From Actinomycetota bacterium (GTDB lineage Bacteria > Actinomycetota > Actinomycetes > S36-B12): a stretch of 64,000 nt of DNA. Position 1 is the stretch's first letter; each line of letters opens with the position of its first letter. Below the pieces are notes generated by a model. That model was not told the DNA's origin. It ran no database searches and saw only the letters and a program-made list of their open reading frames with translations. Location: positions 33,710 to 97,709 of the forward strand of contig JAUSNB010000014.1 in the NCBI GenBank assembly GCA_030645615.1, read 5' to 3'. Below are positions 14,735 to 25,580 of the stretch, in pieces. The position numbers and the translations under genes were made by a program.

Positions 14735-15601
14735 CTAGAACAGCACCGTCGCGAAAGCGCCGACCTCGCGGAAGCCCACTGCGCGGTAGGCCTTGCGTGC
14801 CGCCGTGTTGTAGTCGTTGACGTACAGGGACACCGACGGTGCGATCGTGGCCCGGGCCAGCGCCACCACGGCGGCCATGCCGGCCTCCGAGATCCGCTGG
14901 CCGCGGTGGGCGGGATCCACCCACACCCCCTGCACCTGGCAGGCGGCGCCGCTGACCGCCCCGACCTCTGCCTTGAAGACGACGGTGCCCGCCTCGATGC
15001 GCGAGAAGGAACGCCTCTCCGACACGATCTCGGCGATGCGCGCCCGGTAAGCGAGGCCGAGGCCGCCGGCCGTGGGCGACACTCCGACCTCAGCCGTGAA
15101 CATGTCGGTGCATGCGGGCACCAGCAGGTCGAGGTCGTCCTGCGACGAGGCCCGCACCCGCGGGTCGGGCGGCAGCCATGGGTCGTGATCGATGAGCATC
15201 AGCGGCTGGGACGCCCGCACCTCGCGCGCAGGGCCCCAGGCCGGTTCCAGCAGCCGCCACAGGTCCAGCACCTCCTCGGCCGGACCGACGAGCGACGAGC
15301 ATCGGCGCCCGCGAGGTCTCAGCCGGTCCGCGAAGGCGGCGCGGGACTGCGGCGTCGTCGCCACGGGCACGAGGTTGGCGCCCACGTACACCAGCGAGGC
15401 AAGTCCCGTCCCGGTGAAGTACCCGAGCAGGTCCCCACCGAGCCGCCACGGGTCGGCACCGGCCTGGGCCACCCGCGATGCGACGAAGCAGTGCGCCACC
15501 GGGTCCTGGGCGAGCAAGGCGACGACCGCATCGGTCTCGCGGGCAGTGATCGGCCGCACCGAGCCGACGACCTGCGAGCCGACGACTCCCGAAAGCGTCA
15601 C
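14735..15601 (-). CDS. DUF4081-domain GNAT family N-acetyltransferase
   Basis: MFTAEVGVSP, QVQGVWVDPAHRG, SLYVNDYNTAARKAYRAVGF; conserved position after ispG. Confidence 0.9.
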   Translation of the reverse strand: MTLSGVVGSQVVGSVRPITARETDAVVALLAQDPVAHCFVASRVAQAGADPWRLGGDLLGYFTGTGLASLVYVGANLVPVATTPQSRAAFADRLRPRGRRCSSLVGPAEEVLDLWRLLEPAWGPAREVRASQPLMLIDHDPWLPPDPRVRASSQDDLDLLVPACTDMFTAEVGVSPTAGGLGLAYRARIAEIVSERRSFSRIEAGTVVFKAEVGAVSGAACQVQGVWVDPAHRGQRISEAGMAAVVALARATIAPSVSLYVNDYNTAARKAYRAVGFREVGAFATVLF

Positions 15602-15615
15602 GCCGTCCCGTGCCC

Positions 15616-16773
15616 TCAGGACGTGGACACGACTGGGGTGCCCGAGATGTCGCCCATCTGCTCGGCCAGCTTCATGGCCTCCTCGATGAGGGTCTCGACG
15701 ATCTGCCCTTCGGGGACCGTCTTGATGACCTCCCCGCGGACGAAGATCTGGCCCTTCCCATTGCCCGACGCGACCCCGAGGTCAGCCTCCCGGGCCTCCC
15801 CTGGGCCATTCACCACGCAGCCCATGACGGCAACGCGCAGAGGTACGTCGAGTCCCTCGAGCCCGGCAGTGACCTGCTCCGCCAAGGTGTACACGTCGAC
15901 CTGGGCACGGCCGCATGACGGGCACGACACGATCTCCAGCCCCCGCTGACGAAGGTTCAAGGACTCCAGGATCTGGTTGCCGACCTTGACCTCCTCGACC
16001 GGCGGGGCCGACAGCGACACCCTGATCGTGTCGCCGATGCCGCGGCTCAGCAGTCCGCCGAAGGCGACGGCCGACTTGATCGTGCCTTGGAAGGACGGCC
16101 CGGCCTCCGTCACGCCGAGGTGCAACGGGTAGTCGCACTGCTCGGCCAGTTGCATGTAGGCGGCCATCATGACGACGGGGTCGTGATGCTTGACCGAGAT
16201 CTTGATGTCACGGAAGCCGTGCTCCTCGAAGAGGGAGGCCTCCCACAACGCGGACTCGACCAACGCCTCGGGCGTCGCCTTGCCGTGCTTCGCCAGCAGG
16301 CGAGGATCCAGTGAGCCGGCGTTGACCCCGATCCTGATCGGGGTGCCGTGATCCTTCGCCGCCCGGGCGATCTCGGCGACCTTGTCGTCGAACTGCTTGA
16401 TGTTCCCGGGGTTGACCCGGACCCCGGCGCAACCGGCCTCGATCGCCGCGAAGACGTACTTTGGCTGGAAGTGGATGTCCGCGATGACCGGGATGCCGCT
16501 CTTGCGGGCGATCTGCGGCAGGGCGTCCGCGTCGTCCTGGCTAGGCACCGCCACGCGGACGACCTGGCAGCCGGAGGCGGTCAGCTCGGCGATCTGCTGC
16601 AGCGTGCTGTTGACGTCGGACGTCAGCGTCGTGCACATGGACTGGACGCTGATCGGTGCGTCGCCGCCGACCGCCACGGGGTGGGTGGGGTGGTTCAGCA
16701 GGATCTGCCGGGAGGCCCGGCGCGGCGCGACGACCGGTGGTGGGGCGGACGGGATGCCCAGGTTGATGGTCAC
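15616..16773 (-). CDS. ispG: (E)-4-hydroxy-3-methylbut-2-enyl-diphosphate synthase
   Basis: [45 protein letters not shown]; CATAAT-N6-GTG start. Confidence 0.98.
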   Translation of the reverse strand: MTINLGIPSAPPPVVAPRRASRQILLNHPTHPVAVGGDAPISVQSMCTTLTSDVNSTLQQIAELTASGCQVVRVAVPSQDDADALPQIARKSGIPVIADIHFQPKYVFAAIEAGCAGVRVNPGNIKQFDDKVAEIARAAKDHGTPIRIGVNAGSLDPRLLAKHGKATPEALVESALWEASLFEEHGFRDIKISVKHHDPVVMMAAYMQLAEQCDYPLHLGVTEAGPSFQGTIKSAVAFGGLLSRGIGDTIRVSLSAPPVEEVKVGNQILESLNLRQRGLEIVSCPSCGRAQVDVYTLAEQVTAGLEGLDVPLRVAVMGCVVNGPGEAREADLGVASGNGKGQIFVRGEVIKTVPEGQIVETLIEEAMKLAEQMGDISGTPVVSTS

Positions 16774-16800
16774 GCCGCCATTATGACCGCCCGCGAAACC

Positions 16801-16824
16801 CCCGGCGAGGGGCCACTCGCCGGG
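16801..16824 (-). terminator. GC-rich hairpin immediately after rseP stop
   Basis: CCCGGCGAG / CTCGCCGGG 9-bp stem; only a weak U-tract follows. Confidence 0.5.
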
Positions 16825-18141
16825 CTAGCCGAGGGAGATGGGCTTGACCAGGTCGGCCCAGATCACCACGACGCCCATGAGCAGCAGCGCCCCCGCGACC
16901 ACGTACGCCACCGGCAGCAGTCGCGCCGTGTCCACCGGCCCGGGGTCAGGGCGACCACGCAGCGCCGCCAGGCGACGCCGGGCCCCTTCGTACAGGGCGC
17001 TCGCCACGTGCCCGCCGTCCAGCGGAAGGATGGGCAGCAGGTTGAACAGGAACAGGAACAGGTTCAGGGAGGCCGCCAGGCCGAGGAAGGTGGCCACCTT
17101 GGCCTCGAGCGGCTCATCCATGGCCGCGACCTCACCACCAATGCGGCTCACGCCCACCACGCTGACCGGGCTGTCCACCGCGCGCTCCTCGCCGCCGATG
17201 AGGGTGCCGGTCACCAGGTCGTAGAGCTTGACCGGCAAGGTGAGCAGAGCGACCGCCGAGCGCGCGGTGATGTCCCACATATAGGCCGGCACGGAACTCC
17301 AGGGCTGCGCCACGAAGTCGAACTCCGGCGACAAGCCGACGTACCCCGCGGTCACGATCTCCTCCGTGGGATTCCCCTGCTCGTCCAGCACCGGGCGCTC
17401 GGCAGTCGCGATGACGACCGGAACGTCCACCACCCCGCCGGCCCGCTCGATGGTGAACACCGCCGATGCCCCGGCGTGCGCCCGGATCCACGCCGTCGCC
17501 TCGTCCCATGACGTGGCCGGGACACCGTCGATGGCGAGGATCACGTCGCCCGCCACGATGCCCGCCACGACTGCGGGCGATGCCTCGGTGCCGGTGGGGC
17601 ACGCGCCGGACGGCAGCGGCTCGGTGGACTGGCTGGCGCTCGGCGTGCACGCGACGACCGCGCGGACCTGCAGCGTCGGCTCGGGCAGCCCGATGCCGAC
17701 GAGCACGATCGCGAAGAGCACGAAGGCGAGCATCAGGTTCATGACCGGCCCGCCGAGCATCACGACCAGCCGACGCCTGACCGGCAGCCGGTAGAAGGCG
17801 CGCGACTCCTCCCCAGGCACGACCTCCTCCGCCGAGGCGCGCCGGGCGTCGTCGATCATCGCCCCGAAGCGACCGGTGGACATCGTTCGCGAGGTCCCGT
17901 CGGGACCAGGGGGCAGCATGCCGATCATCCGGATGTAGCCGCCGACGGGGATGGCCTTGAACCCATAGCGGGTCTCCCCCTTGCGGGTGGACCACAACGT
18001 CGGCCCGAAGCCGATCATGTAGTCGGTGACCTTGACCCCGAAGCGCTTGGCGGGCAGGAGGTGGCCGAGCTCGTGCAGCGCGATGGACGCGCCGATGAGA
18101 GCGGCGAACAGCAGGATTCCGACCAACTCAAGCATCGCCAT
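16825..18141 (-). CDS. rseP: M50 family site-2 membrane zinc metalloprotease with PDZ domain (RseP/Rip1)
   Basis: HELGH, IGFGP, GPVMN, NLLPILPLDGGH; between dxr and ispG. Confidence 0.94.
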   Translation of the reverse strand: MAMLELVGILLFAALIGASIALHELGHLLPAKRFGVKVTDYMIGFGPTLWSTRKGETRYGFKAIPVGGYIRMIGMLPPGPDGTSRTMSTGRFGAMIDDARRASAEEVVPGEESRAFYRLPVRRRLVVMLGGPVMNLMLAFVLFAIVLVGIGLPEPTLQVRAVVACTPSASQSTEPLPSGACPTGTEASPAVVAGIVAGDVILAIDGVPATSWDEATAWIRAHAGASAVFTIERAGGVVDVPVVIATAERPVLDEQGNPTEEIVTAGYVGLSPEFDFVAQPWSSVPAYMWDITARSAVALLTLPVKLYDLVTGTLIGGEERAVDSPVSVVGVSRIGGEVAAMDEPLEAKVATFLGLAASLNLFLFLFNLLPILPLDGGHVASALYEGARRRLAALRGRPDPGPVDTARLLPVAYVVAGALLLMGVVVIWADLVKPISLG

Positions 18142-18179
18142 CCCTTCCTGCCACCCGGTCCGTCACGCCACCCCTTCCG

Positions 18180-19409
18180 TCATCGGGCACCGATCACATC
18201 ATGGGCCCGGCTGCGGGACCAGGCATCCGCAGCTGTGACGTCCTCGAGGGTCGCCTCGTTCCCCGCGACCCACGCCGAGCCGGGGTCGCCCGACGCGCCA
18301 TCGAGATGCTCGGCCAGCACCCGCTGCACCGTCGGGACGATGCCCGTGAAGGCCAGGTCGCCAGCGAGGAACGCGGCGACGCACGCCTCGTCGGCACCGT
18401 TCAGCACGGCCGGCGCGGTACCGCCGGCAACCCCTGCGGTGCGGGCAGCCGTCACGGCCGGGAACACGTCCTCGTCAAGGGGGAAGAAGTCCCAGGTGGC
18501 CGCGGTCGTCCAGTCGCAGCCAGGGGCCGCGTCAGGGACCCGGTCCGGCCATGCGATGCCCAGCGCGATGGGCAGCCGCATGTCTGGCGGGCTCGCCTGC
18601 GCGAGCGTCGACCCGTCGACGAACTCGACCATCGAGTGGACGACGGACTGGGGGTGGACGACGACGTCGATCCGGTCGTACGGGATGTCGAAGAGCAGGC
18701 TGGCCTCGATGACCTCCAGGCCCTTGTTCATGAGGGTTGCCGAGTTCACCGTGACCAGCGGCCCCATGGACCAGGTCGGGTGTGCGAGCGCCTGCGCGAC
18801 CGTCACCCCCGCCAGTGCCTGGGCGTCCCAGCCGCGGAACGGTCCGCCGCTGGCCGTGAGCACCAGCCGGCGAACCTCCCCGGCAGCGCCCGCACGCAAG
18901 GCCTGGGCCAAGGCGGAGTGCTCGGAATCGACCGGGACGATCTGGCCAGGCCGGGCCTGGGCCTTGACCAGCGGGCCGCCGATGATGAGGGACTCCTTGT
19001 TGGCGAGGGCCAGGACGCGGCCGCACTGGAGCGCCGCCAGGGTTGGTCGCAGGCCGCTCGCCCCGGCCATCCCGTTGAGCACGACGTCGGCTTCCCACGC
19101 GGCCGCCTCGGTGGCTGCGTCGGGACCGGCCAGGATCGCCGGCATGGCGAACCTGCCTTCCGGATAGCCGCGGGCCGACGCCTCCGCATAGAGCGCCAGT
19201 TGCAGGTCGGCGGCCGCGGTGGCGCGCGCGACCGCTACGGCCTCCACCCCGAACTCGAGAGCCTGGGCGGCGAGGACCGCGACATCGCTCCCGCCGGCAG
19301 CGAGGGCCACGATGCGGAACCGGTCCGGATTGCGTCGCGTGATGTCGAGGGCCTGGGTCCCGATCGAGCCGGTGCTGCCCAGGACGACGACCCGACGGGG
19401 CCCGGTCAT
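18180..19409 (-). CDS. dxr: 1-deoxy-D-xylulose-5-phosphate reductoisomerase
   Basis: [39 protein letters not shown]; start ATG 19409 with TAGGCT-N7. Confidence 0.97.
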   Translation of the reverse strand: MTGPRRVVVLGSTGSIGTQALDITRRNPDRFRIVALAAGGSDVAVLAAQALEFGVEAVAVARATAAADLQLALYAEASARGYPEGRFAMPAILAGPDAATEAAAWEADVVLNGMAGASGLRPTLAALQCGRVLALANKESLIIGGPLVKAQARPGQIVPVDSEHSALAQALRAGAAGEVRRLVLTASGGPFRGWDAQALAGVTVAQALAHPTWSMGPLVTVNSATLMNKGLEVIEASLLFDIPYDRIDVVVHPQSVVHSMVEFVDGSTLAQASPPDMRLPIALGIAWPDRVPDAAPGCDWTTAATWDFFPLDEDVFPAVTAARTAGVAGGTAPAVLNGADEACVAAFLAGDLAFTGIVPTVQRVLAEHLDGASGDPGSAWVAGNEATLEDVTAADAWSRSRAHDVIGAR

Positions 19410-19509
19410 GCCCGGCAGCCTAATCGCCCGGGCTCCGCTGGGTGGCTCGCCCAGGCTGCGCTCGGCGGCGAGGTGCATCTAGGCTCCTGCCAGGACCCTA
19501 GGAGGAACG

Positions 19510-20865
19510 ATGACTGCCCCCACGACGCAGGAGGTTCACGGCGGCGTGCCGCAGGAGCGCCGACTGGTCACGAGCATCCCCGGTCCGAGGTCCACGGCCC
19601 TGCAGGCCCGCAAGGTTAATGCGGTCTCGGCCGGCGTCGGGGTCACCCTGCCCGTGTACATCACGAAGGCGGGCGGCGGTGTCCTGGTCGACGTCGATGG
19701 GAACCACCTGATCGACATGGGGTCGGGAATCGCGGTCACCACGGTCGGCAACGCCAACCCCATGGTTGTTGCCGGCGTGCAGCAGCAGGTGGCGGACTTC
19801 ACGCACACCTGCTTCATGGTGACCCCGTACAGCGGCTACGTCGAGGTCTGCGAGGCGCTGAACCGGCTCACTCCCGGCGATCACGAGAAGCGGTCCGCGC
19901 TGTTCAACTCCGGCGCCGAAGCGGTCGAGAACGCGGTCAAGATCGCGCGGGCGTACACCAAGCGCCAGGCCGTCGTCGTCGTGGAGCACGGCTACCACGG
20001 GCGCACCAACCTCACGATGGCGCTGACCGCCAAGAGCATGCCCTACAAGCACTCCTTCGGCCCATTCGCGCCAGAGGTGTATCGCGTTCCCACCTCGTAC
20101 CCGTTCCGTGACCGCGGCCTGAAGGGCCCCGAGATGGCGCAGATCGCCATCTCCCGGATCGAGAAGGAGATCGGCGCCGGCAATGTCGCCGCCATCATCA
20201 TCGAACCGATCCAGGGTGAGGGCGGGTTCATCGTGCCCGGCGACGGCTACTACGCGGCGATGGCCCAGTTCGCCACCGACAACGGGATCGTGTTCGTGGC
20301 CGACGAGATCCAGACCGGCTTCTGCCGCACCGGCGATTGGTTCGCCAGCGAGTACGAGGGGGTCGTGCCCGACCTCATCACCACGGCCAAGGGCATCGCC
20401 GGCGGCATGCCCCTGGCAGGGGTCACCGGCCGTGCGGAGATGATGAACGCGGTCCACGGCGGCGGGCTGGGCGGTACCTACGGAGGCAACCCGGTCGCGT
20501 GCGCCGCCGCACTTGGCGCCCTTCGCTGGATGGAGGATGTGGACGCGAACGGCCTGGCCAAGGCGATCGAGGCGGTCATGCTCCCGAGACTGCGCAGCAT
20601 GGCCGAGCGCTACCCGGCAATCGGCGACGTCCGCGGCCGCGGGGCGATGATCGCGATCGAGCTCGTCAAGCCCGGCACGATCGATCCTGACGCCGACCTG
20701 GCCGCGGCCCTCAACAAGCACTGCCACCTGCACGGCGTGGTCACGCTGACGACCGGCACCTACAGCAACGTATTCAGGTTCCTGCCGCCCCTGACCATGC
20801 CTGTCCCCCTGCTCGAGGAGGCCTTGACCATCCTCGAGGCAGGATTCGAGTCCCTCGCCACCTGA
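19510..20865 (+). CDS. gabT: 4-aminobutyrate (or 5-aminovalerate)--2-oxoglutarate transaminase
   Basis: [46 protein letters not shown]; SD AGGAGG; TAGGCT -10 upstream. Confidence 0.93.
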   Translation: MTAPTTQEVHGGVPQERRLVTSIPGPRSTALQARKVNAVSAGVGVTLPVYITKAGGGVLVDVDGNHLIDMGSGIAVTTVGNANPMVVAGVQQQVADFTHTCFMVTPYSGYVEVCEALNRLTPGDHEKRSALFNSGAEAVENAVKIARAYTKRQAVVVVEHGYHGRTNLTMALTAKSMPYKHSFGPFAPEVYRVPTSYPFRDRGLKGPEMAQIAISRIEKEIGAGNVAAIIIEPIQGEGGFIVPGDGYYAAMAQFATDNGIVFVADEIQTGFCRTGDWFASEYEGVVPDLITTAKGIAGGMPLAGVTGRAEMMNAVHGGGLGGTYGGNPVACAAALGALRWMEDVDANGLAKAIEAVMLPRLRSMAERYPAIGDVRGRGAMIAIELVKPGTIDPDADLAAALNKHCHLHGVVTLTTGTYSNVFRFLPPLTMPVPLLEEALTILEAGFESLAT

Positions 20866-20953
20866 CGCGGTCTCGGCCTTTGCGGGTGAAGCGAAGACAG
20901 CGGGCCCTCGCCAGGCCTAGCCTGCAGGGCATCACCCTCAGGAGGGAGCAACC

Positions 20954-21397
20954 ATGAACCGCAGGATCTGGAGCCTGGTGGCGGCCGTCGGCCTGACCGC
21001 CACGTTGATCCCCGCCGCAGGCGGGGTTGCGCAAGCTGCGCCGGCGCCCCTCGCACCGGACGCCCGGCCCAGGGCCCAGGTGTTCTTCTGGGACTGGGAG
21101 GACGGCGTCGACTCGCGCAAGCGAACGTTCCGCGAGAGCGACTATGGGAGCGCCGAGAACCTCCCGCGGCTGATCGTGACCGCCGAGCCGGCACGGCCCA
21201 GCCAATACATCAAGCTGCAGTACAAGCAGAACGGCAAATGGCGGCGCGAGGACGCTGACACGACCGACGGGAACGGCGAGGCATTCCTCGCATTGAACCC
21301 CTACTGCAACGACAACACCTGGTGCGACGGCACCTACAAGTACCGCCTCCTGGTCAACGGCAAGTACACGCTGTTCACCATCACGTACATCGACTAG
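20954..21397 (+). CDS. Secreted hypothetical protein (paralog A)
   Basis: Signal peptide ending AQA, SD GGAGGGAG, beta-rich mature domain with PYC-x5-C; end-to-end similarity to the next gene. Confidence 0.85.
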   Translation: MNRRIWSLVAAVGLTATLIPAAGGVAQAAPAPLAPDARPRAQVFFWDWEDGVDSRKRTFRESDYGSAENLPRLIVTAEPARPSQYIKLQYKQNGKWRREDADTTDGNGEAFLALNPYCNDNTWCDGTYKYRLLVNGKYTLFTITYID

Positions 21398-21416
21398 CTA
21401 CGGCGGGAAGGACGAC

Positions 21417-21863
21417 GTGGGCAGGGCTTGGGGTTCGGTTGCGGCCACCATGGTGCTCGCCGCCGGGTTCAGCGTGCTTCCGGTCGGGGCCAGCGGCGCC
21501 GTCCCGGCTCCGCTGGCCCCTCAAGTCCTGCCGATGGCGCAGGAGTACTACTGGGAATGGAGCGACGGGTCGCGCAAGGCCACCCGCACCTTCAGCCAGG
21601 CCGAGTACGGGATGCAGAGCAACCTGCCGCACCTGGTGGTCACGGCGGTGCCTGCGCGGCCCAGCCACGAGGTGCTGCTCCAGTACTACCAGGACGGTGA
21701 GTGGTTCACCGAGAACGAGGTCCCCACGAACAGCCGCGGGATCGCGAGCATCGACATCGATCCCTACTGCCGCGACGATGACTGGTGCGACAGCACGTTC
21801 AAGTACCGGCTCAAGGTCGACGGCCAGACGGCGCGCCTGAGGATCACCTACAGCACGGACTAG
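21417..21863 (+). CDS. Secreted hypothetical protein (paralog B)
   Basis: Hydrophobic N-terminus; colinear similarity to 20954..21397 (PAPLAP, NLP.L.VTA.PARPS, PYC...WCD.T.KYRL). Confidence 0.85.
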   Translation: MGRAWGSVAATMVLAAGFSVLPVGASGAVPAPLAPQVLPMAQEYYWEWSDGSRKATRTFSQAEYGMQSNLPHLVVTAVPARPSHEVLLQYYQDGEWFTENEVPTNSRGIASIDIDPYCRDDDWCDSTFKYRLKVDGQTARLRITYSTD

Positions 21864-21878
21864 CCGCAGCCGCAGGAC

Positions 21879-23087
21879 TCACCCTTCCCGCATGCCGAAC
21901 GCCTGGCCGTAGCCATCACGCATCAGGTCGAGGTAGGGGACGGCGTCGAACGCCTCGGGACCGAGCACCCCCGAGCCATGCCACGTAGCGTCGGAGAGGA
22001 GCTCCAGCGCGATCACGGGGTTCATTGCCGTCTGCCATACGACGGCCTGCACGCCGTACTCGCGCATCGTCCACTCGTTGTCGGCCACGTGGTAGAGGTA
22101 GACCTCACGCCGTCGTCCGTCCAGGCCCCTGCCGGTCACCCAGGTCCCTGCGCATGTCTTGCCACTCATGCGATCACCCAGGGTTGCCGGGTCCGGCAGG
22201 ACGGCGGCGACGAGGTCCCGTGGGCTGACCGGCTGCCCCTTGACGATGACGGGATCCGTGCGGTCCAGGCCCAGGCGATGCAGCGTCTTCAGCACCTCGA
22301 TGAACTCGTCGCCGAGACCGTACTTGAAGGTGACTCGCTTGCAGTCGATCCAGCGCGGGACGAGGAGCACCTCCTCGTGCTCGACGTTGACGCACTCGAC
22401 TGGGCCGATCCCCTCGGGGAAGTCGAACACCTCCGGCTCGGAGAAGGGAGCGGTCGTGAACCACCCGCGGTCGCGCTCCCAGATGACGGGCGGGTTGAGG
22501 CATTCCTCGATCGTCGTCCAGATCGAGAAGGACGGAGCGAAGTCGAACCCCCGGACAAGCAGGTTGGCTCCATCGCGGATCCCGACCTCGTCGATCTCGC
22601 TGAACAGGTGGTCGGCGGCGTATCGAGCGAACACGTCGGCGAGCCCTGGCTCCACACCGATCCCGCACAGCGCCAGCCGGCCCCGGTCCGCCCAGGCCGC
22701 AGACGCCGCGAACTGCTCGTCCCCCAGCTTGACGCCGACCTCCTCGAAAGGCCGGTCGTGATGCGGTCTCGACAGGCTCATCGCCGTATCGAGGTAGTCG
22801 GCGCCTGCGGCGAAGGCTCCGTCGAAGATGGCCATGACGAAACGTGGGTCGACGGCATTGAGGACGTGCGTGATCCGGTGCGCTCGGCAGAGATCCGCCA
22901 CTGCCTCCGAGCTCGAGGCGTCCACCTGAGCGGCCTCGAATCGGGTATCTGCCAACGAGTCCACGACGGCTGCCGCGCGGGCCAGCTCCACGTCCGACAC
23001 CACCCACCGCTCGAAGTAGTCGCGGCGCGCGGCGATTCGGGCCGCGGCAGCGCCGACCCCACCGGCACCGACGACGAGAACTCGCAC
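21879..23087 (-). CDS. Saccharopine dehydrogenase family NAD(P)-dependent oxidoreductase (carboxynorspermidine synthase-like fold)
   Basis: VLVVGAGGVG Rossmann motif, YLDTA, GVEPG, HEEV, VVWQTA; GTG start 2 nt after speB stop. Confidence 0.9.
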   Translation of the reverse strand: MRVLVVGAGGVGAAAARIAARRDYFERWVVSDVELARAAAVVDSLADTRFEAAQVDASSSEAVADLCRAHRITHVLNAVDPRFVMAIFDGAFAAGADYLDTAMSLSRPHHDRPFEEVGVKLGDEQFAASAAWADRGRLALCGIGVEPGLADVFARYAADHLFSEIDEVGIRDGANLLVRGFDFAPSFSIWTTIEECLNPPVIWERDRGWFTTAPFSEPEVFDFPEGIGPVECVNVEHEEVLLVPRWIDCKRVTFKYGLGDEFIEVLKTLHRLGLDRTDPVIVKGQPVSPRDLVAAVLPDPATLGDRMSGKTCAGTWVTGRGLDGRRREVYLYHVADNEWTMREYGVQAVVWQTAMNPVIALELLSDATWHGSGVLGPEAFDAVPYLDLMRDGYGQAFGMREG

Positions 23088-23089
23088 CG

Positions 23090-24115
23090 CTACTCCCCCG
23101 TCTCCCGGTCGGCCAGCAAGGGCTGCCGCGGGTCCCACTGGGTGCCATCGCTGTCGTCCTGGCGCCGGCGCGCGATCGCCGACAGGGCCTCGAGGACCAC
23201 CCGGTTGCCCAGGAGGGCGGTGATGTCGGAGTGGTCGAATGGCGGCGACACCTCGACCACGTCCATGCCTACGACCGGCAGTTCGTAGCAGATCCGCCGC
23301 ACGGCGTCGAGCAGCTGCCGCGACGACAGGCCGCCCGGTTCGGGCGTCCCGGTTCCCGGGGCGTGACCGGGGTCGCAGACGTCGATGTCGACACTCAGGA
23401 AGATGCCATCGCAATCATCCAGGGCGATGGCGAAGGCCTCGTCCAGGCATTCGTCGAGGCCGCGAGCGACGATCTCGGTCATCTCGAACGAGCGCATCCC
23501 TTGCTCGGCCATCCAGTCGAGGATGTCGGGCGGCGGCCAGTAGCCCCTCAGGCCGATCTGGAGGAACCGATCACCGCGGGCCGCCCCAGACTCGATCAGC
23601 CGGCGCATGGGCTGCCCGTGGCCGATGAGGGAGCCGAACTCGATGTTGCCCGTGTCGGCATGCGCGTCGAAGTGGATCACGGCTACCCGGCCCCAGCCGC
23701 GGGCACGGGCGACGCCGGTCACGTCCGGCCAGGTGATGGTGTGGTCGCCGCCCAGCACGACAGGGATCGCGCCGCTCGCAGCCACCTGCTCGACGACTCG
23801 CTCGAGGCTGGCGCAGGCGGTCGCCGCATCGCCACTGAACATCTCCACGTCGCCCGCGTCGACGACCCGCAAGTCGCGCAGTCCGTCGGTCCGCATGGCC
23901 AGCGACGGCCGCGAGCCGTCGTGCCCGAGGTAGCACGCCGCCCGCATCGCGCTGGGCCCGAAGCGCGCACCGCTGCGATACGAGGTGCCGCCGTCGAAGG
24001 GCGCACCGAGGATCACGACATCGGCATCCGCGTATGTCGACGAGTCGTCCAGGTCGCACATGTCGACGCCCAGGAAGGAGTAGTCAGGTCCGAACTGCGA
24101 TCCGTAGCGGGCCAT
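23090..24115 (-). CDS. speB: Agmatinase (ureohydrolase family)
   Basis: GARFGP, LGGDH, FDAHAD, SVDIDVCDP..APGTGTPEPGG, VEVSP; TAGTCT-N6-ATG. Exact guanidino substrate uncertain. Confidence 0.85.
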   Translation of the reverse strand: MARYGSQFGPDYSFLGVDMCDLDDSSTYADADVVILGAPFDGGTSYRSGARFGPSAMRAACYLGHDGSRPSLAMRTDGLRDLRVVDAGDVEMFSGDAATACASLERVVEQVAASGAIPVVLGGDHTITWPDVTGVARARGWGRVAVIHFDAHADTGNIEFGSLIGHGQPMRRLIESGAARGDRFLQIGLRGYWPPPDILDWMAEQGMRSFEMTEIVARGLDECLDEAFAIALDDCDGIFLSVDIDVCDPGHAPGTGTPEPGGLSSRQLLDAVRRICYELPVVGMDVVEVSPPFDHSDITALLGNRVVLEALSAIARRRQDDSDGTQWDPRQPLLADRETGE

Positions 24116-24137
24116 GTCGCCAGACTATGCGATGGCC

Positions 24138-25556
24138 TCAGCTGTCGAAGCCGAGTCCGAGCCGGTCAAGTGAGCGCAGCCAGAGGTTGCGGCGACCGTC
24201 ATGCTCGTCCGCCCGTCGCAGGGATGCCGTGGTGAGGCCGATGCCCCACGCACGAAGAGGTTCGGGAGGGAAGGGCATCGGCTTGCTCCTGACCATCTCC
24301 AGCCGCGTCCGCTCGGTATCGCTGCCGTTGAGCAGGTCGAGCATGGTCGCCGCGCCGAAGCGCGCCGCACCGACCCCGAGCCCGGTGTAGCCCGCTACGT
24401 AGGCCGTGCGCCCGGCATGCGCCGTGCCCCAGAACGCAGAGAAGCGAGAGCACGTGTCGATCGCGCCTCCCCAGGCGTGGGAGAAGCGAAGCCCGGCGAG
24501 TTGCGGGAAAGTGGTGAGGAAATTCTGCGCGAGCCGCTCGTAGGACGGCACGCTGTGCTCGAACTCCGGGCCGAAGCCGTTGCCCCGGTGGTAGATGGCG
24601 TCGTAGCCCCCCCAGAGGATGCGCCCATCCGGTGTCGGACGGTAGTAGTGGAACTGGTTCCCGGCATCGCTGACGCCCTCGCCGCCCTGCCAGCCGATCG
24701 ACGACCACTGCCCGTCCGTGAGCGGCTCGGACACGAGCACGTAGTCGTAGACGGGCACGACGTAGTGCCCGATGCGCCGGAGAAGCGGTGGATACGCGTT
24801 CGTGGCCAGGGCCACCCGCTCGGCCTGCACCGTCCCGCCGCGGGTTCGCGCGGTCACTCGCGCCCCCCGCCCGGTCAGTTCCTGCACCGGTGTCCGCTCG
24901 AAGATCCGCACGCCCAGCGCCTCGGCCGCCGTCCGCAGCCCCCAGGCCAGGCGGGCGGGGTTGACCAGCGCCACCCCGGTGCGGTCGAGCACGCCGCCCA
25001 GGTACAGCGGGGAGTCCAGCCTGGCCCGCACGCCGGCCGCATCCAGCACCTCGAGAACCTCCCCCATGGCCTCAGCGCGGCCAGCTGCCCTCGCCAAGGA
25101 GTCGACCTGGTAGGCCTCCACGGCGACGTCCAGCTCGCCCGCCAGGGTGAAGTCGCAGTCGATGCCTAGGCGCGTGACGGTCTCCGCGATGGCCTCGAGG
25201 TTCTCCCGTCCCAGCCGAAGCAGCTCCGGCATCTCCTCGGGCCATCGGTCCAGGCCGTTGGCGAAGCCGTGGGTCAGCGAGGAGGCCACGAAGCCGCCGT
25301 TGCGTCCCGAGGCACCGTCGGCGATGCGACCACCTTCGAGCAGGACGACATCGCGCCCAGGATCGGCCTCCTTCGCCAGGAGGGCGCACCACAGGCCGGT
25401 GAACCCCCCGCCGACGACGAGCAGGTCGGCCCGCTCATGCCCGTCCAACGGCGGTGCTGCGGCCGGGCGCCGCGGGTCGTCGAGCCAGTAGGGGGCACGG
25501 CGCGACCCGGCGACCATGGCGATTGCCGCATCGGTAGGGCGAGAGCCGTACTGCAT
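24138..25556 (-). CDS. FAD-dependent amine oxidoreductase (DAO/PuuB-OrdL-like)
   Basis: VVGGGFTGLW, GASGRNGG, YTGLGVGAARFG; follows polyamine ABC permeases. Confidence 0.9.
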   Translation of the reverse strand: MQYGSRPTDAAIAMVAGSRRAPYWLDDPRRPAAAPPLDGHERADLLVVGGGFTGLWCALLAKEADPGRDVVLLEGGRIADGASGRNGGFVASSLTHGFANGLDRWPEEMPELLRLGRENLEAIAETVTRLGIDCDFTLAGELDVAVEAYQVDSLARAAGRAEAMGEVLEVLDAAGVRARLDSPLYLGGVLDRTGVALVNPARLAWGLRTAAEALGVRIFERTPVQELTGRGARVTARTRGGTVQAERVALATNAYPPLLRRIGHYVVPVYDYVLVSEPLTDGQWSSIGWQGGEGVSDAGNQFHYYRPTPDGRILWGGYDAIYHRGNGFGPEFEHSVPSYERLAQNFLTTFPQLAGLRFSHAWGGAIDTCSRFSAFWGTAHAGRTAYVAGYTGLGVGAARFGAATMLDLLNGSDTERTRLEMVRSKPMPFPPEPLRAWGIGLTTASLRRADEHDGRRNLWLRSLDRLGLGFDS

Positions 25557-25580
25557 GGGATCTCCGGGGCCGGCCGCGCG

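Noticed and set aside
20866-20953. Riboswitch upstream of the secreted paralogs (e.g. c-di-AMP)
   Set aside because: No recognisable aptamer consensus and the predicted leader is only about 25 nt.
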